Shown here: piece by piece, positions 12,366 through 25,916 of the stretch
How positions within the stretch are numbered: the stretch's first letter is position 1
Layout of the letters: each line of letters starts with the position of its first letter
From: Squalus acanthias
Lineage: Eukaryota
Length of the DNA: 64,000 bases
Reading direction: 5' to 3'
Assembly: GCA_030390025.1 (NCBI GenBank)
Contig: JASTWF010000363.1
Coordinates: 62,001 to 126,000, forward strand
Translations under genes and position numbers: made by a program
Notes under the pieces: model-generated
Databases searched by the model: none
What the model was told of the DNA's origin: nothing
What the model saw: the letters and a program-made list of their open reading frames with translations, nothing else

Positions 12366-13721
12366 CTGAAAATAGCTTGGGCAAGCTTTCCCTGGTAATT
12401 GCTGTACGACAGTACTGTAAGAACAATGGTGGTCAGTAAATCCATAAACCACAGAGTTTTGGTCCATAACTCCACATCAGAGAATAGGCTTGGAGATTCC
12501 ATGTGTAAGCATTATTAGATGCCTGAAGCTTAGCTCATTTGAACAGCCTTGAACTAATCAGTTCAAATGATCTTAAGTTGCCCAATTCAGTTACAGCTGG
12601 AACACTGCATGCTACTGAGTAAATTAGCGCAATCACTCGCTTGCCAGAGTCATCAAAAATGAAATCAGATGTAGATACAACAGGAATTTATAACACTTTT
12701 ATAATAACATGATTAATACACCATCAAATTGAGCATTAAGGATTACATGACTAAATATTATTAACTGATCGAGTTCAGCATTTGCAAACTCCAGCATGGT
12801 TTAGGTATACCACAATAACTCACTGTCAGCTGGGCTCTATTTAATACAACAGGGATCGGCTCATCACACAAGATTACATAAATTGGCAAAGTTATTCATT
12901 TGCACAGGTGACATATTAACAGTTTTGAATAACAATTCTATCCAGAAATATTAAAAATCTATTACGGTGTAGTGCTGATAAGCTACTTGGTTTGACAATA
13001 TTATTCCTGGGTCAGCCACAGTGGAGTTGGGTGGATTTCCCACCCTCCGGTTACTTGTATTCGCCCCTGGAGAAACTTGTGGAGTTGATTTCAGTCCGTA
13101 GCAGAGTATTTCTTCTTTCATTCCCTCCACCGCCTGCTTCTCTTCCCCTAACATCCGGTACATCTAACTTAGCAAGTTTGTGCAGATAGCCCTTATTAAT
13201 TTCTGTCCCTCCATTCTCAGGTACTTGAACTGTTACAGACAAATGATACATTTAAATATTTGACTAGATTTCTTAAACTTTCTTTCTGAACTATCGCTGT
13301 TAGTACTCATGCAACGTTGAGGACTGGCATTATAAGCTATTCTGAACCTTTACTAATCTCTCCAGGGTTTCCTTCTACTTCCTTCTGACCTGGGTGTCAA
13401 AAAAATTATTTTGTTCACTAAAATTCACAAAGTAAGATTCCTTTTTCCAGTTGTTTTCAAGTTTGATTGATTAAGACGACTTGTTTTATTGAAAAGATTC
13501 ACCTTTCAGGTGACATGAAATGAACAAATGTTAATTATAGGACAGAAAACAGGCTTACTTGTTAGCTAGTTATTCCATTTACCTTCCCAGCCTTAAAATG
13601 AAATCAGACACCAGATAAAAGTAACATTCCTTTGAATCTCTCCCAGTCTTGCTCATCTTGCCCAGACAGTGTAATTTATATGTTTGCCCTCAGAATCTAC
13701 AGGACTGACATCCTGGCATGA

Positions 13722-16068
13722 ATTTTTTTTCATTCGTTCATGGGATGTGGGCGTCGCTGGCAAGGCCAGCATTTATTGCCCATCCCTAGTTGCCCTTGAG
13801 AAGGTGGTGGTGAGTCGCCTTCTTGAACTGGTGCAGTCCGTGTGGTGAAGGTGCCCTCACAGTGCTGTTAAGGAGGGAGTTCCAGGAATTTGACCTAGCG
13901 ACGATGGAGAAACGGCTTCCAAGTCAGGATGGTGTGTGACTTGGAGGGGAACTTGGAGGTGGTGGTGTTCCCATGCACCTGCTGCCCTTGTCCTTCTAGG
14001 TGGTAGAGGTTTGGGAGGTGCTGCCGAAGAATCCTTGGTGAGTTGCTGCAGTGCATCTTGTAGATGGTACATACTGCAGCCGCGGTACGCCGGTGGTGGA
14101 GGGAGTGAAAGTTTAAGGTGGTGGATGGGGTGCCAATCAAGCGGGCTGCTTTGTCTTCGATGGTGTCGAGCTTCTTGAGTGTTTTTGGAGCTGCACTCAT
14201 CCAGGCAAGTGGAGAGTATTCCATCACACTCCTGACTTAGAAACATCGAAAAATAGGAGCAGGAGTCGGCCATTCGAGCCTGCTCCGCCATTCAATATGA
14301 CAATGGCTGATCCTCTATCTCAATACCATATTCCCGCTCTCTCCCCATACCCCTTGATGCCTTTTGCGTCTAGAAATCTATCTATCTCCTTCTTAAATAT
14401 ATTCAGTGACTTGACCTCTACAGCCTTCTGTGGTAGAGAATTCCACAGGTTCACCACCCTCTGAGTGAAGGAATTTCTCCTCATCTCAGTCCTAAATGTC
14501 CTACCCCGTATCCTGAGACTGTGACCCCTCGTTCTAGACTTGTGCCTTGTAGATGGTAGAAAGGCTTTGGGGAGTCAGGAGGTGAGACAATCGCCGCAGA
14601 ATACCTAGCCTCTGACCTGCTCTTGTTGCCACAGTATTTATGTGGCTGGTCCAGTTACGTTTCCGGTCAATGGTGACCCCCAGGCTATTGATGGTGGGGG
14701 ATTTGGCGATGATAATGCTGTTGAATGTCAAGGGGCGGTGGTTAGACACTTGCTTTTTGGAGATAGTCATTGCCTGGCACTTGTGTGGATCGAATGATAG
14801 CTGCCACTTATCAGCCCAAGCCTGAATGTCATCCAGGTCTTGCTGCATGCGGGCATGGACTGCTTCATTATCTGAGGAGTTGTGAATGGCACTGAACACT
14901 GTGCAGTCATCATTGAACATTCCCATTTCTGACCTTATGATGGAGGGCACATCATTGATGAAGCAGCTGAAGACGGTTAGGCTTAGGACACTGCCCTGAG
15001 GAACTCCTGCAGCAATGTCCTGGGACTGTGATGATGGACCTTCAACCACCACAACCATCTTCCTTTGTGCTAGGTATGACTCCAGCCAGTGGAGAGTTTT
15101 CCCCCGATTCCCATTGACTTCAATTTTACTAGGGCTCTTTGATGCCACACTCGGTCAAACGCTGCTGTCAAGGGCAGTCACTCTCACCTCACCTCTGGAA
15201 TTCAGCTCTTTTGTCCATGCTTGGACCAAGGCTTTAATGAGGTCTGGAGCCGAGTGGTCCTGGTGGAACCCAAACTGAGCATCAGTGAGCAGGTTATTGG
15301 TGATTAAGTGCTGCTTACGACACCTTCCATCACTTTGCTGATGATTGAGAGTAGATTGATGGGGCGATAATTGGCCGGATTGGATTTGTCCTGCATTTTG
15401 TGGACAGGATATACCTGGGCAGTTTTCCACATTGTCGGATAGATGCGAGTGTTATAGCTGTATGGGAACAGTTTGGCTAGAGGCGCGGCTAGTTCTGGAG
15501 CACAAGTCTTCAGCACGACAGCCGGGATGTTGTCGGGGCCCACAGCCTTTGCTGTATCCAGTGCACTCAGCCATTTCTTGATATCATGTGGAGTGAATCG
15601 AATTGGCGGAAGACTGGCTTCTGTGGTGGTGGGGACCTCAGGAGGAGGCCGATATGGATCATCCACTCGGCACTTCTGGCTGAAGATGGTTGCAAACACT
15701 TCAGCTTTGTCTTTGCACGTGCTGGGCTCCACCATCATTGAGGATAGGGATATTCATGGAGCCTCCTCTTCCCGTTAGTTGTTTAATGGTCCACCACCAT
15801 TCACGACTGGATGTGGCAGGACTGCAGAGCTTTGATCTGATCTGTTGATTGTGGGATCGCTTAGCTCTGTCTATAGCATGCTGCTTCCGCTTTTTAGCAT
15901 GCATGTAGTCCTGTGTTGCATCTTCCCCAGGTTGGCACCTCATTTTTAGGTACACCTGGTGCTGCTCCTGGCATGCTCTTCTACACTCCTTATTGAACCA
16001 GGGTTGGTCCCCTGGCTTGATGGTAAAGTTAGAGTGAGGGATATGCTGGGCCATGAGGTTACAGAGTG
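13722..16068 (-). mobile_element. CR1-group (Crack/Daphne/L2-like) LINE, 5'-truncated
   Basis: TCAPELAAPLAKLF, NYRPINLLS, GVPQGSVL, FNDDCTVF, VMEYSPLAW, A-rich tail; same family as 35635-38724. Confidence 0.88.
14239..14536 (-). mobile_element. CR1 3' fragment nested in the LINE above
   Basis: Absent from the paralogous LINE at ~36150; flanked by a GACTT duplication (14234-14238 / 14537-14541). Confidence 0.85.
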
Positions 16069-16380
16069 CCACAATGTGTCCATTGGTGACCTCCATTTCT
16101 GACCCTGCCAGAAAAGATGAGGCCAGGGGAAGATCAGCTTGTTTAATTATAACCACCAAGCACCTGCACATCTTAAGGGTACATCTCTGACACCCGCCAG
16201 AAAGGGAGCAGGAAATGCGACACAAGCCAGCTGTCCACCAGCACTATGGCCTGGAATGAGGGCAAAGCTAGGCTCAGGTTGACCCTTTTAAGGGGGGATG
16301 AAAAATCTCCAGCCCCAGGTCCCAGCCCTGGACACCTTAGAAGGGTCTCTTTTCCACTGGTTGGCAGGCTGCTACACATT

Positions 16381-16990
16381 GGGCTGGATTTTGATACTGG
16401 GGACGTGATGGAGTCGGGACTCCCACTTTTTGGGTTGTAGACCCGCCTCCATCGACTTGTGGCCAACCCACTGTATTTTCACTTGATTGACCTTGTTGAG
16501 CCCGCCCAACGAGCTCAGCAGGCCAATTAAGGGCCACCCGGCAACAGGTGACATCACAGATTGACATTTCATCTGTCAAGAGCTTTTGACAGATGAAATA
16601 TCAGCGTTTGACAGCTCTGCGAAGCTGTCAAACACTGACGATTTGTCTTCTAACTTGAGTCCTTCCTCTCAGGCTGAGTTAGAAATCATTCCAGCACAGA
16701 AAGCAGAGGCTGAAACTTTTGACAGCACCACGGCCTTTCTGCTTTCTGTGCCGGTGAGATTTCTGACTCCCGAGAACTGAAGGGCTGGCACCTGCAGGAG
16801 GAAGTTAAGGTAAGTAAAACTTTTTCCCACACTTTGCACTTACCTTACACACTTACCTCTGCACACATGCACCCATCACTCACCTGCCCACCGGACATAT
16901 CGACCCCTCCAACCCCTGCAGACCCAGTAAAAAGTGGAAATAGAAGTGATGGGCTCGGGTCCAAGGCAGCAGCCAAAATGTGCACACAAT
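16381..16990. mobile_element. Harbinger-like non-autonomous element remnant
   Basis: Begins GGGCTGGATTTT; carries the TTGATTG.CCTTGTT.AGCCCGCCC...CCAATTAA motif shared with the elements at 21688 and 51796. Confidence 0.55.
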
Positions 16991-17689
16991 TGGACACAGG
17001 GAAAACTCAAGTTACATAGGCCTGGTTACGGAGAAATTATTAGGATACATATATCCTGGTAGTAACAGGGAATAGATAGGAGACAGTATGAGGGAGTCCA
17101 GAGTTAAAGTCAGAGGTCCTGAGGTAGGTAGGGTGGAGTCGTCATGGAGCATCGACAAACTGTTGCCCAGGTTCGGAGACAGGTGTGAAGGCGGGTGAAG
17201 TCGAGAAGCTATTTGAAGGGTAGAGTATCGGATAACGCACTGATGGAGGTATTTCCGTGGGAATGAAGATCCAGGAGATGTACAGAATCAGTTGCTGGGC
17301 AGAAAGATGATGGCGAAGTTGGAGGTCATCATAAGATCCAGAAGCGGTGGAGAAATGTACTTTGGCCCAGGAGAGTGAAATGCTCGCCCGGAACAGATTG
17401 TAGCTGAAGCTGAAAAAGCAGGAGAACCAGTCACAGGCTCAGCAGGGAGCAGCAGCGTTGGGGGAAGGGCTGTAAGCTGATCAAAGTTACTTTAAAATTT
17501 AAGCAACAGTGCAGCAGATCAGAGACACAACAGATGAGTCTTACGGAGTAGACAAGTGTAGTCCAGTGCAGAAGAGTAGTCTTGATGTCCAGATATTTGG
17601 AAGCCAGATTTGAGAACAGATCCAGGAGCTCGATGAGAAAAGCAGATAGCAGGCATGGTTGGGGGGTGAGCAGTAGCCCAGCAAGCCCC

Positions 17690-17818
17690 TCAGTTTCATC
17701 AAACCGCTACCAGCGGTTGAAAAAGGAGGCCCACCATCACCACCTTCTCAGGACAACTAGGGATGGGCAAAAACTGCTGGTCTTGCCAGCGACACCCATA
17801 TACTGAGAATTAATAAAA
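17690..17818 (+). mobile_element. SINE/LINE 3' tail remnant
   Basis: CACCACCTTCTCAGGACAACTAGGGATGGGC...TTGCCAGCGAC matches the 3' tail of the LINEs at 13722 and 35635. Confidence 0.65.
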
Positions 17819-18847
17819 TCAATATGTGATCAACAACAGCATTTGTTCAGTCTACTTTTTTCTCTTTAATTACTGTTGTTTTTTCTCAACTTTTTATATT
17901 CCTGGCTCAAAGCTGCTATATTTAAGTAATAAATCTGATCGCAAGTCCTAGGAGGGGATCTTTTCACAGGAACTTTAAGTTCTTGACATAGTTTATCAGG
18001 CCAGCTAAGCGTCACACATTAGGAATACTGATCACATCGCGTTTAGCGGTGTTTTTAATACGGATCACTCTTCCCCATGATGAATATAATATTTTTAAAA
18101 TTTTCTTGCTGTTAACAGCTCTGCATTTTTCCATAATTTCAATCAACTCCAACTCTGTCCAAGTCTTGAATGCTGCTCCCATAATGGGGGGAAGCCCTTC
18201 CACTGTATCTGAATACTGGAAGTAGGGATTTTTTCATTCAAAGACTCTTTTCCTTGTTCCCTCTAATAATGTTAGAATTTTTTGAAAATTTCCAAACCAA
18301 ACAAAATATAAAATAGCAGACAGTCATCATATGTCAATGACAGAAAGTCATTGAATAACCCTGAGCACCTTTGTACTTCATCTAGAGTGCCAATTATTCA
18401 CCTTGAACAGTATGCTTCTATTACAAAAATGATTGTTATTCCAGGGTCTGCATAGGTAAGCAGACCCTCTGAGCAATGGTTATGTGATGTAGTGGCTGCA
18501 AGACAACAGCGGCATTGAACATCAGAATTACAGAAAATGTGCCCAGCCTGAAAGTGATGTAATTTTCAGAAAATGCAGGAGATGAAGCACCTGGGTCCTG
18601 AAATTATACTGGGGGAAAGTCACATTGAATAATTAACACATTTGAAATTCCTCTTACTATTTTAGCAGAGGTGCATTTCAGATGAATATACTAAGTATTT
18701 GTACCTTATTATTCCACAGTGTAATTTCAGAGCCTTCGCATATTATATTATAAACAAATGGAAATTGTATCCCTACTGATTTCCTCTGAGCTTCATGATT
18801 GGTTCCTGTGTGATTTGTTAACTTTTTAATTGTTCTTTTACCAACAG

Positions 18848-18941
18848 ATGCTTACTAGTGGAGCGAGACACTTTTCGGCCAAACTCCCCAATGACTGAAA
18901 GGCTTATTCGCAAAGCCACAGCACTGCATAATGTGGACTAA
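18848..18941 (+). CDS. TTC38: TTC38-like copy A, terminal coding exon with stop
   Basis: AG acceptor; (R)CLLVERDTFRPNSPMTERLIRKATALHNVD* (TAA 18939-18941) resembles the TTC38 C-terminus ERD...PNSPLTERLIRKA. Confidence 0.93.
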
Positions 18942-19456
18942 ATCAAGACTAAGACACATGCAATTACAAATGGGATGGATTACTTTAACTCAGCTTAATA
19001 CAGATCTGCTAATAATTATTCTGGTTATGATTAGGGGAGGGGGAAGAGAAGATGGGAGAGAGGGATGGGCCGAGGGCAGGGGAGGAAAAGGAGGGACAGG
19101 AATGGGACAAAGGGGCGGGGAAGGAGAGTGTGAGGCGATGGAGAGGGTGGATACAGGAAGGGGTGTTAGTGGGGACAGAAAGGGGGATGGAGAGTGAAAA
19201 TAAGCAAGTCATGCAAGGTGCTTAATCCTACTTTTGAGCACCTCTGACTGTCTCCCTCCAGTGTTGTCAGTTCCCATATGTGCAACCATTCATCTCCCAC
19301 TCCATCAATTATCCACACCCTTTAATATTCTTCAACCTGTGCACCTAACAGGCAAATAATCACCTTGCAGCTGTAACTTCCCTTTTCCTTTCTCACAGCG
19401 CTATTTTCCCTCCATCTTCCTCAGTGTTATTCAATAGCTGGAGCTTATCTGACATT

Positions 19457-20095
19457 TACAACTTACCTTGTACCTCCACCCAACCCTCTCTATCTACTTT
19501 ATCACTTCCCCATCTCACTAGGTCTGATTGTTTCATTGGCTCCGATGTTGCTGGAATAGATGGCAGCTGTAGGTGAGATGACAGAAGCAATCTGTCACTG
19601 GTGAGAGAGGTTCTCCCAATGAGGTGGCACTGGACATACAGTTGGATCTAAAAACTTCTCAGCTAAAGAAATCTGTATAAGTATTAAAAATGCAGTAACC
19701 AACATTTCCTTTGCTCTGAAACTCACCATGTGCAACATTGCATCCTTGACACCACTTCTGCAGCTGTCATCTTTTCACAAACATCAGACCAGAATCACAA
19801 CACGCCACATTTACCTGGCATGTTGTCCGGATGTCGTGAAACCCGCCCCAGAAGCTGGAAAATCGCAAAACACCCTAAAAACTGCTGACAAGTACCTGTT
19901 AATAGGTAGTTAATTGCCTTTAATCCTTTTCCCGCCGCTAGGTGTCAGGTCCATTTGCAAATCGGGTACCCAACACTTGGGAAAGTTGTTTGGAGGCGGG
20001 TTGACGGTGGGGTTGGGACCCACCGTCAATCAAAACGACTTTAACCTCTGACCTGCCTCCAAACCCGCCTTCTGAGCGCCGGCAAAATCGCGGTC
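19457..20095. mobile_element. Right half of a Harbinger-type MITE
   Basis: Closely similar to ~52205-52841, ending in the TIR AAAATCGCGGTC. Confidence 0.85.
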
Positions 20096-21609
20096 AACGT
20101 TTCCAGTGGATGACCATTCAGAGTATGTACCGAAGTTGCAGCAGTACTGGCCATTTCTGTGGTATGGAGGGGAAGCTGCTCAGCAGCAACATAGTCCTAT
20201 TCCAAAATATGAAATTCCAGTCTACCATTTGCATCCCTCCTCCATCCAGATCCAATCATGGATGCACCATTCCCATTCAATCACGCTCTCTAGTTCCTAG
20301 CATGAATTTCATTGTATTTTTTATTCATCTTTGGTGTCCAGTTCCAATCAAGAATTTAATTATACTGTGCCCTTTCATTCAGTGTCCAGTTCCAATCGTA
20401 AATTCTGTTCTGCTGTTTGTGTTCACTTTTGCTGTCCAGTTCAAATTTAAGTTTTAACTTACAGTAATTTGTTTTGGGGCCCTAATGCAATTACCTAAAG
20501 AAAATTGGGACTCTTTTTGCCTCTGTGTCCAAATGAACATCTATGGGATCACTGACTCTGAAACTGTATAAGGGTCTTGCAATATTTTATGTGCCTTACT
20601 TTAAGTTTCTTTTGATTCATATTGTTCACATAGCATTGTAATCTTAATCACGTTGATTCTACAATCACTAATACCAATATGTGTCTTTTTATATGCTCTT
20701 TCTGGGGTTCCAGCTTTATTTTCAGTTTGCTTTTGCATTAAAATTAATGAATGGAGAAAAATATACTTAAAATTTATCATCTGTACGTTTTCTTTTTGTA
20801 CAAGTAACAATTGAACAATATAATCTTCAAAAGTAATATAACTCTCTTTGCTGAGCCTTTCTCATTAAAACTATTTTAAAAGTCTTTCTTGTCCAATGCA
20901 CTGTGATTTGTTTAAAAAGTCGATGTGTCTCGGCATGTTGACTTACCTATGCACCACATTGATGGGGTCACTGTGGCTAAAGCATCTGCCTGGTCAATGG
21001 GGGATCCTGGGTTCAAATCCAACTGATGCTTGCATTCCTCTCCATGCATTGTTGCTAAGCATAAATTCAAAATACTCCCAGGTGCTACGTCGTGGAGCGG
21101 TGGGCATGGTTTCCTCATATGGTGACTTAATTCACAAGGAGTGTAAGTTGCCCTGCAAAGGCTACATGCTCCTCCCTTGGGCAGGGGGAATTGGAAGGTC
21201 ATTCTCCATCTCAGGCTGCATTCATGGCTTCAGATTGAAGCATTGCTCTGAACGCCTTAGTCCAATGCTTACTTTTGAATGATGATTGATAAGCAAGACA
21301 ATGTCAATGGTCATTTCTCTATTTACAATGTTACAAATCGAGCTTTCTCCCCATACTTTCCAAATGTGCTTAATGGGGAAAAAAGTAGGCTACCATATTT
21401 GAGTGTGCACTGCTTATAATAGGAACACACAAGATATCTAGGATGTATGGTGTCTAGAATGAACAATAAACCTCTTTCCGTTGATATACTTGAAACAGTT
21501 GTGTTAACCCTTCCCCTGCAAAGCCCTGATCCCTGCAAAAGTGGCAGAAAAAGTGCTGACAGACCATATAGTTCAGGCTCAAAAGGGTTAATTACTATTT
21601 ATTAAAAGA

Positions 21610-23560
21610 CTGAAATAATAAAAACAGAAAATGCTGGAAATACTCAGCAGGTCAGGCAGCTTTTGTGGAGAGAGAAACAGAGTTAACGGCTGCGAATTTA
21701 ATTCTGGAGGCGGGATGGGTGCGGGTCAGCTGGTTTCTGGGTTCTGGTCCTGCCCCCAGCTGCCTACGCTCTGCAGACGTGATTTTCCCTTGATTGGCCT
21801 TGTTAAGCCCGCCCTGCGAGCTTACCAGCCAATTAACAGGAAGCGGCTCTGATGACATCATTTGATGGCGCGTCAGCTGCCAGTTTCCTTAAAGGGACCT
21901 TGCACAATTTTATTTTGACAGTTGATCTGTCAGTGTTTGCCAGCATTGAGGTACTGCAAACACTGACAATCACTGCACAAAGGTGAACACTTGAACCCAG
22001 GCTCTCCAATGACTCCCTCCATATGCTTTTCTACTTTATCACTTCCCCATCTCGCTAGCCAGCCCTGACACTCACACTCACCCTACAGCAAGCATACCAA
22101 CTAACAACACACAAGGGTAGGCACTTGAGAGGTTTAGCCAATGTCCATGTGAAGTTTCTGGTAATGTGTTGTCATACAATGTAATATCTTTTTCCAAAAG
22201 TGCCCCTTATTGGACAGATCTGAGCACACATTGAAAAGTGTCTTACTGCGTTGCAGTGATTGTTCAGTCATAACTACCCCCCCTCCCCCACCGCCATGTG
22301 TGTGCATGGAATGGCTTGGACATTAAAGGGATGCTTCACAGTGCTGGTGTGGGATGGTGTCAACCTGGCGCATCATGTGGCAGCCAGGTTTTACAGCATC
22401 AAGTGAAGAAAATCTGGCCATGGTGATGCCATCACAAGCCTCCCGGACAGGAATTTTGTCAGAGGCTGATGCCCTGTGTCCAGTGCAGCATCAGGTGGGT
22501 GACTCGACACTCACGAAAATCGGGTGTGGGCGGGATGGAGGCACGTTGGCAGTCTGAAGCCATTTTTTCCGATTTTTGCTGCCGACCCACCTCCTCAGGG
22601 CTATTAAAATCGAGCCCAACGTTTCAGGTCGATGACCTTTCATCAGAACTGGAAAAAGTTAGAGATGTAACAGATTTTAAGCAAGTGCAGGGGCAGGGAA
22701 AAGGGGGAGGGGAGGGGAGGAAAAAAAAGGGAAGGTCTATGATAGGATGGAAGGCAAGAGAGATTAAAAGACAGAAAGGATGATGGTGCAAGGCAATAGG
22801 AGATGGTAATGGGACAAAGAAGAGGTGTAAATGGCAATGGCAGAATCATCAACAGCTGCCATGTGAAAAAATGGGGGCAGGGTTTATAGTCTGCAATTGT
22901 TGAACTCAATGATGAGTCCAGAAGGATGTAAAGTGCCTAAACGAAAGATGAGGTGCTGTTCCTTGAACTTACGTTGAGCTTTGTTGGAACAGTGTAAGAG
23001 GCCGAGGATGGAGAGGTCGATGTGGGAGTGGAGCGGAGAAATAAAGTGACAGGCGACCGGAAGCTTGGGGTCACGCTTACGGACTGAACGGAGGTGTTCC
23101 ACAAAGCGGTCAAGCAACCTGCGTTTGATCTCCCCAATGTAGAGGAGACTGCATGGTCAGCAGAAAATGCAGTATACTAAATTGCAAGAAGTACAAGTAA
23201 ATCGCTGTTTCACCTGGAAGGAGTGTTTGGGGCCCTGGACAGTGGAAGGGAGGAGGTAAAAGGGCAGGTGTTGCATCTCCTGCGCTTGCACGGGAAGGTG
23301 CCATGGGAAGGGGTGTTTGGGGTGATTGAGGAGTGGACCAGGGTGTCGTGGAGGGTGCGATCCCTTCAGAATGCTGAAAGGGGGGGGAGGGGAAGATGTG
23401 TTTGGTGCTGGGATCACGCTGGAGGTGGTGAAAATGGCAGAGGATGATCTGTTGAATGTGGAGGCTGGTGGAGTAAATGGTGAGGACAAAGGAGAACCCT
23501 ATCGTGGTTCTGGGAGAGAGGGGAAGGGGTGAGAGCAGAATGTGGGATATAGAACGGATA
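21610..23560 (-). mobile_element. Penelope-like element 3' fragment (GIY-YIG end + terminal repeat), split by a MITE
   Basis: FQVKQRFTCTSCNLVYCI and EQHLIFRLGTLHPSGLIIEFNN match the intact PLE C-terminus; terminal repeat at 21610-21687 and 22618-22680. Confidence 0.9.
21688..22617. mobile_element. Harbinger-type MITE
   Basis: Imperfect TIRs GGCTGCGAATTTAAT / ATTAAAATCGAGCCC; 3-bp TSD AAC (21685-21687 / 22618-22620); left part similar to the 51796 element. Confidence 0.85.
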
Positions 23561-23976
23561 AAATTCCCATAACCTTTTCAGTTCACTCCAGTAACTTTCA
23601 CAATTTGGATGATGTGGCCATGATAAAAACTTATGTGAGAAAGACACTGTATTGAATCCTATAGTCTCCAGCTCATATAGTAATACAATGAGAATGGAAC
23701 CAAATAACATAAACAGCCAATCCCAGTTATTGTCTCTCTTTCATTTGCTCCAAGCTAGTATAAAGGAAGATAGGAAGCTCTCATTCACAGATGATAAAAA
23801 CTGTCAGTCAAGCATAGATTTTAAAGTCACCTGGAATAGGCTGAAAAATAGGCCACTGACAATCTAATTTTAAACAGTTTTATCAGCTAGGTGGTTTGCA
23901 CCTTCCCACACTTGTTGAGCAATATAAATAGCTTGGTGCTAAAAGACAATAATCATAGAAGACCATTTGACCCATT

Positions 23977-24826
23977 GGACTGAATCTTAAATCACAAAAA
24001 CGGGTGGGTTTGGGTCGTGTCAGAGGTTAAAACGCAAAATATCTGGAACAGGAACCGAACCCACCACAAACCCACCCACTTCCAGTTTTAACGGAGGCAG
24101 GATGAGGGGTGGGTGACCAATCGGCTATCGGGAAGTGGGCTGGTCATTTCAATATTATAATGTGGCTGCCTGCCTTCATTTTAACAGTGATTCTATTTTT
24201 AACCACACGCGGCCAGGTTTCCCAGGCCTCAGGAAACGCGGCAACTGAAAGCAGGCGATAAAGGTTGAATCTATGAGGTAAGTGCCTTTGCAGCACTGCT
24301 TGTGGACCAGGAGGAGCAGGAGTGCTTTCTCTAGTCCCAACAACGTACCCAGTAAAACCCCGCACCCCCGCAATTTGTCAGCTCCCAACCCAACCACCAT
24401 CGGACACCCTCCCGCCAGGACCACCCCAAAATCAGGACCCCCAGACCACCATTGACCCCCCTCTATGCAATCGGAATCCCCCCACAATCCGGACACCCCC
24501 CAGCTATCCAGACAACCTCCTGCGCGCGATCCGGACCACCCCAAATGATCTCTCTCACTCCCCCAATACACCTCGCAGGCTTCAGCCTTTTGAAGCAGGT
24601 TTCCCACTTGAAAGACCTCCAGGCTGTCAATCAGGCTGCCTGTAGGCAGGAACCCCACTTAAAGGAGCCCTGCAGTTAAATTCTGCAGGACATTTGGGAA
24701 AACCGTTCTTCCGGGTTTCCTGACCTCAGAACAGCACCCCACCCCACCCCCCCACACCAGCTACTCCCCTCCACCCCCCATCCCCCAGCCCCGCACAGAA
24801 CTCACCTCCAGGCTAAAATCCAGGCC
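23977..24826. mobile_element. Harbinger-type MITE
   Basis: Imperfect TIRs GGACTGAATCTTA / TAAAATCCAGGCC; TSD ATT (23974-23976 / 24827-24829). Confidence 0.7.
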
Positions 24827-25314
24827 ATTGTTTCTGCTGACTCTTTGCTCGGGCAATCCAAATCTAATCTTGCCATAACCCCATTACTTCTTTCTCTTGT
24901 AGTCTATGTTCCAGTTTAGCAAACCTCAGAGGCGACTGACTTTTTTTGGCTTTATATGTAATCACACTGTCAGCGAATTATGTATTTAAACCACTCAATT
25001 TCTGTATTCACCCACATCCTTCAGCATATTTCCATTCAATGTATATTGCTTGCTTTTCCTCCAAAATATATTACCTCACTCTTCTCCACCTTAAATTGCA
25101 TCTGTCATCTGTCTGCCAATTCCGCTAACCTGCATGTGTCCTTCTGAAGTACTTTACCGTCCTTTACAGTCTGCTATAATGAAAAGATGCTAATTCTGAG
25201 ACAAATCACACCCTGCTAGATTTTCAAATACAAAGCTTTTTGTTATAGCATCTTTTCTCGCAGTGGCAAATTTGAGTGTGTGGATATATATGTGTGTGGA
25301 TATATAAACATATC

Positions 25315-25731
25315 ACATATTCCAGGTAATTGACTTATCAAAAAGACAGACAGACTGGAACAGGAGTGGAGGCAGCCCTGATAATTAAGGATGACGTAAG
25401 GACTGTAGTGAGAAAGGATCTTGGCTCAGAAGATCAGGAAGTAGAATCCGTAGGGGTGGAGATAAGAAATAACAAGGGGCAGAAAACACTGGTGGGAGTA
25501 GTTTATAGGCCCCCTAACAGTAGCTTTACCATTGGACAGAGTATTAATCAAGAGATAATAGGAGCTTGTAACAAAGGTAATGCAATAATCGTGGGGGACT
25601 TTAATCTGCATATAGATTGGGCAAATCAAATTGGCAAGGGTTGTCTGGAGGACGAGTTCTTGGAATCTATTCAGGACAGTTTCCTAGAACAATACATCAT
25701 GGAACCAACCAGGGAACAGGTTATTTTAGAT
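25315..25731 (+). mobile_element. CR1 endonuclease fragment (continues at 29187-29275)
   Basis: LVGVVYRPPNS, IVGDFNLHIDW, EPTREQVILD; resumes after the PLE as ILDH...CNE.GLIS...DPLGKSDHN. Confidence 0.9.
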
Positions 25732-25916
25732 AGCAAAATACTGCGGAAGCTGGAAATCCGAAATAACAACAGAAAACGCTGGAAAAACTCAGCAAGCCAG
25801 GCAGCATCCGTGGAGAGAGAAACAGAATTAACGTTTCAGGTCGAAGACCTTTTGTCAGAACTGGAAAAATGCAGGAATACTTGCTTTAAATCTATTTTCA
25901 TTTCCTGCTTTTTTCC

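Noticed and set aside
18931..19212. ORFs over the purine-rich tract after the copy A stop (also 33264-33590)
   Set aside because: Low-complexity GA-rich sequence producing spurious ORFs.
19728..19913. Repeated small ORF MCNIASLTPLLQL (also 52474-52659)
   Set aside because: Similarity is explained by two copies of the same MITE; no recognisable domain.
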